From the IMG/VR virus record IMGVR_UViG_3300037395_000062, positions 30,110 through 94,109 of that record: 64,000 nucleotides of DNA. One strand, 5' to 3'. Below the pieces are notes generated by a model, which was not told the origin of the DNA, searched no databases, and saw nothing but the letters and a program-made list of their open reading frames with translations. This document shows, piece by piece, positions 9,145-16,932 of this stretch (position 1 is the first letter of the stretch; each line of letters begins with the position of its first letter). Both the position numbers and the translations under genes were made by a program. This DNA comes from a virus.

Positions 9145-10263
9145 TCAGGGAGCAAACTTCGTCCACTTACCCGGGTTGGTGTCGATCTCGTACGGACCGA
9201 ACACGCGGTAATCGCCGCGTATTTCGGCTACAGTCGGTTCGTTGAAGGTCACACGGTACATGTGCTCCGGTTCGATCGTAGCGCATTCCACAGGAACCAG
9301 CCCTATCGAAGCGCTGTCGACGAATATGTCTCCAAGCGGGCTCGAAAACACTCCATCGCCGAAGGCTGTGTGGAACACCACGATCGGTCTCTTGCCATCC
9401 AGATTGATGACGACAGCGTCGTTTTCAAACTGACTTGCAGGTACGATTACGTCGTCCCACGTCTTCGAATCGAACGCATAGCCAGGATCACCCATCCAGT
9501 ATTCACCGGAAGGTACGTTTATCTTTACTATTTTGGTCTCCTGTTTGTTTCGTTTTTTACCCATCTTAGCTGCGGATAGTTTAGCTCTGTGCTCCGCCGA
9601 TTTAGGTTTTCCGGTCAGCGCCGCTCGTATGGCAGCACGATGTTCTGGCGTCCGGACAGCACCAACTGCCAACGTACGAAGCCGCTCCGCTTCTTCTGGC
9701 GTGCACACTTTGGGATTTGCGGCCCAGCGACGAAGCGCTGCTTCTCGCATTTTTAGCTTTACATTTTCTGGATGCTTGCGACCGGTCTGGCCTCGAGCCA
9801 TCGCATCGCGCGATTCTTGCGAGGCTTTTCTGCCTGTCTGTCTGATTCGCATGGACTCTACCATATCTGGAGATAGTTTCCGCCCTGAATGGATTCGGCT
9901 TAACTCTGCCTTCCACTCTTCGGTGTGCCGGTAACCAAGCGCTCCGTCACCGCCATCGGTGAGATTATAACCTGCTGGTGAGCGAGTAACCAACTTTGCA
10001 ATAAGTTGGGTCTCCATGTCTGCCGCCTCTTTACGTGTCGTAAAAACAGCCACCAGTTCGACAGTGAACGCGTCAAATCCATATTTACGCATCGCTGCGT
10101 GCAACACCCACCCGCTACCTTTTCGAGCATCGCTAAGATGTTTTCCAAATCGTCTAGCGACAGTCATTGATGTGAACCCGACGTAGTTCTTGCCGCTCGC
10201 AGTGCACCGTATCAGGTACACGTTGAACACGTCGGAACCAGACTGTATGCTTTTCGCAGCCAT
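9145..10263 (-). CDS. Free-standing GIY-YIG homing endonuclease with NUMOD3 repeats, fused to an unrelated C-terminal domain
   Basis: VYLI...YVG...RFGKH...E..LI...GYNLTDGG catalytic domain, then several HxxExKxKxS NUMOD3 repeats, then GEYWMGDPGY...TAFGDG...VDSASIG. GC is lower than in the flanks. Confidence 0.88.
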   Translation of the reverse strand: MAAKSIQSGSDVFNVYLIRCTASGKNYVGFTSMTVARRFGKHLSDARKGSGWVLHAAMRKYGFDAFTVELVAVFTTRKEAADMETQLIAKLVTRSPAGYNLTDGGDGALGYRHTEEWKAELSRIHSGRKLSPDMVESMRIRQTGRKASQESRDAMARGQTGRKHPENVKLKMREAALRRWAANPKVCTPEEAERLRTLAVGAVRTPEHRAAIRAALTGKPKSAEHRAKLSAAKMGKKRNKQETKIVKINVPSGEYWMGDPGYAFDSKTWDDVIVPASQFENDAVVINLDGKRPIVVFHTAFGDGVFSSPLGDIFVDSASIGLVPVECATIEPEHMYRVTFNEPTVAEIRGDYRVFGPYEIDTNPGKWTKFAP

Positions 10264-10350
10264 ATCGGCAGCCCCTTACTGCTGTTGGTCAGAAACGGCG
10301 CTGCTCTTGCCGGAGCGGCGCCGCTTTCGTATCTAGCTTAATAGCTAGCT

Positions 10351-10399
10351 ATAGTCAACAAAAAAGCCCTGATACACTCAGGGCTTTTTTGTTGACTAT
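10351..10399. terminator. Bidirectional intrinsic terminator after the capsid gene
   Basis: Perfect 22-bp inverted repeat ATAGTCAACAAAAAAGCCCTGA-tacac-TCAGGGCTTTTTTGTTGACTAT. Confidence 0.85.
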
Positions 10400-10411
10400 T
10401 CTCTCAAAGCG

Positions 10412-12337
10412 TTAGTTGTTCGCGCCGAGCGGATTCCATGCAGGGTTATCGGGAACGAAGTTTCGAATCACCGCGTGCATTTTTGGGATTCTATTCCTTA
10501 TAGCCCCGATCGAAGCGACACACCACGGCATGTATAGGTTCGCGGCGAAGAGATTAATCCTAGTCAATGGGAGAAGATACCTATAATCTAAGGCCTCGTC
10601 CTCCGTACGCATGTCCAGCAAGTAGATCTCCTCGCTGCCCGGAAGTTGGTAATTGTAGTCGATGAAGTTGACCGTCCCCGTGCCGCTGGCCAGGATCGAG
10701 CCGACGTAGCGCACCGCAGTCGGCGAGTTGGACCCCGACGCGAAACCGCCTGCTCCGGTGCGGAACACGCGATATGCGTAGGCGTCGGCCGCAGCCGGGC
10801 CGCCGATCGCCACCACCGCGGCGCCGGACGTGGTGATCGCGGAACCGGCCAGCGCGTTCGACCATGCGAGGTTCGACTCGTTCATGTTGACGTCCGTCGA
10901 GGCCACCCCCCAGTGGTACGATGCCGTAGACCCGGTGTAGGGGGATCCCGCGCCGACGCCCCAGTTACTGCCCGCGTAGGCGGCGCCTGATGCGCTGGCG
11001 ATGACGCCGGACGGCGGCGTCGGATTGACGGTCGTGGTCGGCGTGGTGCCGTTCGAGCGCGGCTGCCCCTGGGCTGGCGTGTCGCGCGCGGTGATGATGA
11101 TATCGAGCGGGAACTGGATCGGACCCAGGCGGGTCCGCATACCCTGCAGATCGCCGTCCACCACGATACCGGCACGGTCCGAGAACTGGCTGTTCACCAG
11201 GTTGTTCAGCAGCGTGGTGACGAGCGACTGCAGCGAACCGTTGGTCGTCGGCGTCATGAAGGCGTGCGTGCTGCGGCCGAACTTGGTCCACGAGGCGATG
11301 TTGGCCGCCACCTCGTAGAGCATATTGTACAGCGCCTGGGCGGTGGACCAGCCCTGGCCCAGGTTCGCCGCGACGAACTGCTGGAAGTCGAACAGGTTGC
11401 CGCTCGGCGTGGTCGGGCCGACGCCGGCGAACTGGTTCGGGAAGATGTTCGGGTTGCCGTGGAAGCACATCCAGTCGGCGGTCTGCAGCACGGTGAGCGC
11501 CGAGTTGGCGTTCTCCTGCTCGTTGACGCTGACGAAGTTGTTCTGCGCCATCAACGCCAAGGTGACCGCGCGGCCGTCGAGCATCAGCTTCAGGTTGATC
11601 GACTGCAGGGTGTAGATACCCGCGTTCGTCGCCAGCGTGCCGGAGGATACGTTCGAGAACCCGCTGGTCGCCGAGCCCGGCAACGCACCGCCCGGATCGT
11701 CGATATAGGCGAAATAGTCGACCACCTGGTACGCCGGCGACTTCGGCAGCGACTGGTAGAAGGTGAAGCTGTCCGGCCGCACGGTGCCGCGCGCGAGCCG
11801 CGTGTCGAGCGACACATAGCCGAGCGACTGACCGCCGGTGATCTGGGTGAAGTTGGTCTGCGTGCCGACATCCAGCACGGCCTTGGCCATCGGATTGGCC
11901 TTGGCGAGTTCGACGGCGTCGATCTCCAGCAGGCGTCCGCGGCTGGAGTTCGGCTGGGCGCCCGGTGCGTTGGTCTGGTAGTAGCGCGGCGTGTCGCGCC
12001 AGACCCGGGCATACGCCTGCTCCGGTGCTGCCGCCTTGTGCAACGCCTCGCGTGCCTGCGCGCCGTCGAACATGATCGGCGTGCCGCCGCCGAGGCTGAT
12101 CGCCGCCGTGTTGCCCATCGCGAGTGCCGCGAACATCGGACGCAGCGGCTCCAGCGGGTTGCCGTGGCCCGGCAGCGAATTCTCGAATTGCTGCAAGGCC
12201 TGAAGCGAGGTGTGCTGAAGCACTTCGGTCGGCATGTCGGCCGACGCCATGTTCGGCCGAACGTAGTCGTAGTCGGGTCGGCGTCCCGTCGGCATCGGCG
12301 GCACGACGGCGGGTACGGACTGGATATGCTCAGACAT
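10412..12337 (-). CDS. Major capsid protein (Herelleviridae-like) with N-terminal extension and Ser/Thr-rich insertion
   Basis: 641 aa. GGQSLGYVSLD...FTFYQSLPKSPA resembles SPO1/Twort-type capsids. Follows protease and scaffold and ends at a strong terminator. Confidence 0.88.
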   Translation of the reverse strand: MSEHIQSVPAVVPPMPTGRRPDYDYVRPNMASADMPTEVLQHTSLQALQQFENSLPGHGNPLEPLRPMFAALAMGNTAAISLGGGTPIMFDGAQAREALHKAAAPEQAYARVWRDTPRYYQTNAPGAQPNSSRGRLLEIDAVELAKANPMAKAVLDVGTQTNFTQITGGQSLGYVSLDTRLARGTVRPDSFTFYQSLPKSPAYQVVDYFAYIDDPGGALPGSATSGFSNVSSGTLATNAGIYTLQSINLKLMLDGRAVTLALMAQNNFVSVNEQENANSALTVLQTADWMCFHGNPNIFPNQFAGVGPTTPSGNLFDFQQFVAANLGQGWSTAQALYNMLYEVAANIASWTKFGRSTHAFMTPTTNGSLQSLVTTLLNNLVNSQFSDRAGIVVDGDLQGMRTRLGPIQFPLDIIITARDTPAQGQPRSNGTTPTTTVNPTPPSGVIASASGAAYAGSNWGVGAGSPYTGSTASYHWGVASTDVNMNESNLAWSNALAGSAITTSGAAVVAIGGPAAADAYAYRVFRTGAGGFASGSNSPTAVRYVGSILASGTGTVNFIDYNYQLPGSEEIYLLDMRTEDEALDYRYLLPLTRINLFAANLYMPWCVASIGAIRNRIPKMHAVIRNFVPDNPAWNPLGANN

Positions 12338-12367
12338 GTCGGTTTCGGTCCTTCTCTATCCGTTCCG

Positions 12368-14593
12368 TTACGCCGCCCGGCGCAGGATTTCCTGCACAGG
12401 AGGCGCGCAGTTGGCGATCGCCGATTTCACGGCCGTATCCGGTAGTGCCATACGGATCGACGCGAGCGCGTCGATCCCCTTGTCGCGCTCGGCCATGCTG
12501 ATCTGGCCGGACGAGGCCAGCGCGTTCATCTGCGCCTCGGGTGCCGCCGCCAAATCCACACTGGACTTGAACAGCTCGGTCACAGGTGGGCGACCGCCGT
12601 CCTGCGGGTTGCGCGACTGGCCGCCGACCATCCGCATGACCTGCTGCACGTCGGCCTGCATCAACGCGTAGCCACTGAGCGACTTCTCGAGCGCGGATGC
12701 GATCTTCGCCAGGTCGGCCTGGCTTGCCGGCGAGGGCTGCACGACGACGGTACCGCCGTCGGGAGCCGCGTTGCCGACGGACTCGCCGTGCGACGGCCAC
12801 TTGTCCTGGTTCTTCGCCTTGGTCTCCTTCAGCGCCTTGGCGACGGTACCGAGCGACTTCTCGATCTTCGTCATGCTGGGCCCGACGCGGCCGCCGCGCA
12901 GGGACTTCGCGATCGCGGCGTGCGACCGTGCCTTCGCCATGCGGCGGCTTGCCTTCTTGTGGTGCCGGCGTCCCGCCGCGTGGCGGCCGTCCTCCATGGC
13001 ATCCTCGGACTCCATGGCCGCGACCTTGGCCAGCTTGACCAATCCCTTGGCAAGCAGCCGCTCCAGTGCGGCGGCCTTCTTCATCGCCTTCTTCTGGTCG
13101 TCGTCGGATTCGGACTCGGCGTCGTCCTCCTCGTCGAGTTCGTTAACGATCTCGATGTCGGTGCCGGAACCGCCTTCGGTCTGCTCGGCCTCATCGTCCT
13201 CGTCGGCATCCTCGCCTTCGTCGTCCTCGCCGGATTCGGATTCCTTGTCCGCAGTGCTTTCGGATTCGCCGGCCTTCTTCGCCTTGGACACCGCACGCAC
13301 GACCTCCGGAATCGCCTTGGCGAGTGCCGAGGCCACGGCGGCCGGAAGCGCCTTGGCGATCTCGGCCTTCAGCACGGCGGGATCGAACGTAAGCGCCGTC
13401 GGCGAGGGCTGCGTCTCCAACGCCTGCACCCGGCTCTGCATCGCCTGACCGAACGCCACCAGCGACTTCATGGCGCGCGCCTGCGTCATCAGCTTGCGGC
13501 CGAGATCCTCGGTGACTGCCTGCACGCCGCTCTGCCGCGTCGGACGCGAATACTCGCGCTCCATCGGTTCGGCGCCATGGCCGGATGCGTCCTGCGGCTT
13601 GCCGACGCCGACCTTGCCAGCCGGAACGGAGGATTCGGGACCGCCTGCACGGGTCGTCTCCAGACGGTCGTCCGGCGGTCCGTCGAACAGGTCCTCGACC
13701 TGACGGATGCGATCGTGGTCGTCGCCTTCCTCCAGCAGTGTGGTCGCCTTGCCGAGTTCCATGGACGCTTCCAGGGAGGCTTCCTTGATCATGTCGACGC
13801 GTTCCGCCGGGGTCATGCGCCCGAGCAGGGTCCCGAACGCCTTGATAAGGTAGCCGGCGCCGCGCGGCGTGACGGCGGTCTGTGCGATGGTCATGAACTC
13901 TCCCGAGCCTCCGGTCTTGCAGGTGCCGCAACTATGCGTCGGCGTACAGGCGCAGCCCAATGCCGAAACGACGGACGATTTCCCGACCGGCGACTTCGTA
14001 TCGCCGGTACGCAGCCAATCGACGAAACCGTCGAAATCCATGCGCCTTACCGAACCGATACGCTCCACGCCGCGCCCGTCAGAGAACGCCGCGATATAGG
14101 TGCGTCCGGCCTGCGCGCCGTCGCTGAAGCCCAGCATGCACTTGTGCTCGTCGAAACCGCCGTCGTCGGCATCGACCTGGTCGATCACGTACACCGGACA
14201 CGTGTGGATACGATGAGCCTCGGGGCCGACATAGACATCGACATGGTCGCCGTCGGCACCCTCGGTGCGCTTCACGTACCCGTAATGCGCGGGCATGCGT
14301 ACCGACCACGGCGTGCCGTCCGGCGCCGTGCCGCTGCGCATGCGGTCCAGCGGCGTCTCGATGGTGACCTCCAGGCCGGGATATCGCGTATCCATCCCGC
14401 GGTCCCACGACCCCAGGATCGCGTGCGTCATCTGATAGTTACCGGCCGCCGCCTGTCCCGGCGACGGGTCCCAGTTGCGCCGGACGGCGCGGTCTAGGTC
14501 GCCCGGCGCGATTACCTCGATCGGATTGTCGCGGTGACCTACGTGCAGTGATCGGGCAGCAGACCGAACTTCCGCTTCGGTAATCAGCGTCAT
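12368..14593 (-). CDS. Inorganic pyrophosphatase (InPase) domain fused to a scaffold-like acidic/helical protein
   Basis: GLEVTIETP..RSG...WSVRMPAHYGYVKRTEGADGDHVDVYVG...DEHKCMLGF is the phage InPase domain. The C-terminal part is Ala/Lys-rich with an acidic tract. Start MTLITEAE at 14593. Confidence 0.8.
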   Translation of the reverse strand: MTLITEAEVRSAARSLHVGHRDNPIEVIAPGDLDRAVRRNWDPSPGQAAAGNYQMTHAILGSWDRGMDTRYPGLEVTIETPLDRMRSGTAPDGTPWSVRMPAHYGYVKRTEGADGDHVDVYVGPEAHRIHTCPVYVIDQVDADDGGFDEHKCMLGFSDGAQAGRTYIAAFSDGRGVERIGSVRRMDFDGFVDWLRTGDTKSPVGKSSVVSALGCACTPTHSCGTCKTGGSGEFMTIAQTAVTPRGAGYLIKAFGTLLGRMTPAERVDMIKEASLEASMELGKATTLLEEGDDHDRIRQVEDLFDGPPDDRLETTRAGGPESSVPAGKVGVGKPQDASGHGAEPMEREYSRPTRQSGVQAVTEDLGRKLMTQARAMKSLVAFGQAMQSRVQALETQPSPTALTFDPAVLKAEIAKALPAAVASALAKAIPEVVRAVSKAKKAGESESTADKESESGEDDEGEDADEDDEAEQTEGGSGTDIEIVNELDEEDDAESESDDDQKKAMKKAAALERLLAKGLVKLAKVAAMESEDAMEDGRHAAGRRHHKKASRRMAKARSHAAIAKSLRGGRVGPSMTKIEKSLGTVAKALKETKAKNQDKWPSHGESVGNAAPDGGTVVVQPSPASQADLAKIASALEKSLSGYALMQADVQQVMRMVGGQSRNPQDGGRPPVTELFKSSVDLAAAPEAQMNALASSGQISMAERDKGIDALASIRMALPDTAVKSAIANCAPPVQEILRRAA

Positions 14594-15465
14594 TTCAGCA
14601 CGCCATCCTTGTTCCGGCCGAACGCCCGGTCGAACGCCTTCTGCATGTTCCGCCGGTGCATCACGGCGTGCGCCGCTATATCGGCCAGCCCCGCCGGGTA
14701 TTTCGCGCATTTCTCGAAGTGGCCTCGGTATCCGGTCAGCGACGGGAAGTCCTGCACCCGGCAGCCGAGGCAGTCCGACGCCGCGTACACGTCGTCCATC
14801 GTCTGCGGGACCGCCAGCAGCGCCGACATCGGCGGCCCTTCGATCGACTTCGCCAGTTCGGCGATGTAGGCCTTGGCCGACACTATCCGCGCCTCGCCCT
14901 TCAGCGCCGTGTTCTTCGGCGTGCGGGTGAATGCAAGCGATCTCCAGTCGATCGCCTTGATCACGAACCGCTTCGCCGCGACGCCTGCGGCGCACTCGCC
15001 ACGCGTGCAGTCGTCGAGGTCGATCGGGAAACCGTATATCGAGGCGTACCACAGCACGGGCGGATCCCGCCGCAGGCTGGCCCAGAACGCATCAGCGTGG
15101 CTTCGCGCGGGATCGTCCGTGCCATCGGCCGATCGGCTGATCTCCCCCTCCACGTAGGTTCGCCCGCCGGATGCGGCACGCACATCGAGCGGCCGGCCGA
15201 CGATATAGGACTCCGGATCGCGGATCGGCGGGACCATCCTGTGTCCGAGTTCGGATTTGTGATCCATGTCCAGGTGACCCGTGGCGACGAACGAAGCCGC
15301 ACTTCCCAGGAGTGCCGCCTGAAGCACCACGTCCCCATCCAGATCCTGCTCCTCGGTGCTAGCCTCGCATTCAACAATTCTACGTCCGGACGCCTCCGGC
15401 GCACGCGCCTTCACGAGCACGGGAATGCGCGCGACGATCGCGCGATCAAGCAGGTCGAGGTCCAT
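14590..15465 (-). CDS. Prohead maturation protease
   Basis: EASTEEQDLDGDVV...DMDH...IVGRP...ASIYG...LAFTRTPKN herpes/HK97-fold protease motifs. Confidence 0.82.
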   Translation of the reverse strand: MDLDLLDRAIVARIPVLVKARAPEASGRRIVECEASTEEQDLDGDVVLQAALLGSAASFVATGHLDMDHKSELGHRMVPPIRDPESYIVGRPLDVRAASGGRTYVEGEISRSADGTDDPARSHADAFWASLRRDPPVLWYASIYGFPIDLDDCTRGECAAGVAAKRFVIKAIDWRSLAFTRTPKNTALKGEARIVSAKAYIAELAKSIEGPPMSALLAVPQTMDDVYAASDCLGCRVQDFPSLTGYRGHFEKCAKYPAGLADIAAHAVMHRRNMQKAFDRAFGRNKDGVLK

Positions 15466-15653
15466 ACGGAAAACGGTTGCAGGAAACGCTCGAAACCCCT
15501 ATGCAGTGCGAGTGCCCGCCGCGCTCACCCCGACGGCGAAGGATGTGAAAATATCGGGGAAGTGAACAACGCCGCTTGGCAAAGTGCCCTGTCGCTATGA
15601 AAGTGGACGCACCAGATTAGCGGCAGGGGGCGAGTCCCTCAAAGGATGCGGCC

Positions 15654-15839
15654 GTGCAAGAGAAAGCGATCGTCTACTACGTCGTGGCGATGTTGGGTTG
15701 CCTGCTGATCGACCTGATCGTCGTCGTGGCCCGTGGACCGATCATGATCGACCCGATCCTGAAGCTGCTGCTGGTCGCGGTCTGCCTTATCGCCGTCGTG
15801 ATCGGCCTGGCCCGCCACGGCTGGCTGCTGTCGGGCTAG
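15654..15839 (+). CDS. Small two-TM membrane protein
   Basis: 61 aa, two hydrophobic stretches, on the opposite strand to the operon. Confidence 0.5.
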   Translation: MQEKAIVYYVVAMLGCLLIDLIVVVARGPIMIDPILKLLLVAVCLIAVVIGLARHGWLLSG

Positions 15840-16477
15840 GCTACCTCCATCGACAGGCTGGCGCAGACCCCGCCGATCTGCGACGACATGCCGCCGTACG
15901 GCGCGTCGCTCTCCCCGTCGCAGGGCGCGAACACGATCCCGGACACGACCGGCGACAGCGCCTTCTCCGCGAGACCCAGGAACTCGTCCACAGGCCGGCG
16001 CCCCAATTCGTAGGCGCACCAGTCCACCGTATATTTCGGCTTGCGCATCTCGGATTCCAGCCACGCCATCACCAGGCCGCCGTGGCGCGAATGGAAATTC
16101 GCGTGGAACGACATCTCGATCAGGAGGTCGCGCACGTTGGACGCCGCCACGAAGTTCAACTGGATCCGCCCGACGAACCGGCAGCGCGCGCAGGCGCACA
16201 CGCTCCACTTGTGTCCAGCCGGGACGAACCGCATGGCGTCCGTCAACTCCTCGCGGCGGCTGCGCCATTCGGAGCAGGTACCGCAGCCGCAGATCGCGCG
16301 GTCGGACATCGGATAGTGCCGCAGTGCATCCACCACCGGCGCAGCTTCGCGGTCCGGCAGCGCCACCGAGGCGTAGACGCCGAGCATCGAATCGAGCGCC
16401 TCGATCAGTCCGTGCAGCCTCGCGCGTCTGTGTGCGAGAGCGCGTACGCGAGGATCAAGCGACTGGATGCTGTGCAT
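15836..16477 (-). CDS. Hypothetical protein with Cys clusters
   Basis: 213 aa with CGCGTC and CACARC motifs. Confidence 0.55.
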   Translation of the reverse strand: MHSIQSLDPRVRALAHRRARLHGLIEALDSMLGVYASVALPDREAAPVVDALRHYPMSDRAICGCGTCSEWRSRREELTDAMRFVPAGHKWSVCACARCRFVGRIQLNFVAASNVRDLLIEMSFHANFHSRHGGLVMAWLESEMRKPKYTVDWCAYELGRRPVDEFLGLAEKALSPVVSGIVFAPCDGESDAPYGGMSSQIGGVCASLSMEVA

Positions 16478-16931
16478 TCACGGCCTTCGCCCCGTTCATC
16501 GCGATCAGTTGGTAGCGGCGATCGACCGCCGACACGCGGCCCACGATGTCGCTGCGTCTCCCCAGCGCCATGCGCATATCCTCCTTGCTCTTGGGTGGCA
16601 GGTCAGGTGCGCGGCCGTTGAACTCCGTAGCGATGTCTCCGGAACTGAGCGGTCCCTTCTCGATCAGTATGGCGACGATGATGTCCGTCATGCGATCGGA
16701 CTTCGCCTTCGGCGCCCTGGAAGGTTGGGCCGCGAACCGCACGCGTTGCTCCGCCTTGACGGGAGCCGGCGTATCGTCGACCGGAAGCGTGAAGTAGTGG
16801 TCGAAGAAAGCGTCCAGCTTCTCCACCTCCTTCGCATGGTGCATGCGGTCCAGCGCGGCCCGCCGGATCCGCACGTCCGGAGATCCGGCTGCGATCTCGA
16901 TGGGGTCCCGTATCCTGTTCGCGTCAGCCAT
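16455..16931 (-). CDS. Hypothetical protein, possible C-terminal winged helix
   Basis: IIVAILIEKGPLSSGDIATEF looks like a wHTH; abuts the GT stop. Confidence 0.55.
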   Translation of the reverse strand: MADANRIRDPIEIAAGSPDVRIRRAALDRMHHAKEVEKLDAFFDHYFTLPVDDTPAPVKAEQRVRFAAQPSRAPKAKSDRMTDIIVAILIEKGPLSSGDIATEFNGRAPDLPPKSKEDMRMALGRRSDIVGRVSAVDRRYQLIAMNGAKAVNAQHPVA

Positions 16932-16932
16932 G

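Noticed and set aside
9145-10411. Group I intron around the endonuclease
   Set aside because: The capsid gene ends intact with a terminator; the endonuclease is free-standing.
14594-15052. N-terminal 153 aa of the 894-aa ORF
   Set aside because: Overlaps the protease in another frame; the true start is more likely 14593. The same applies to 7030..7752.
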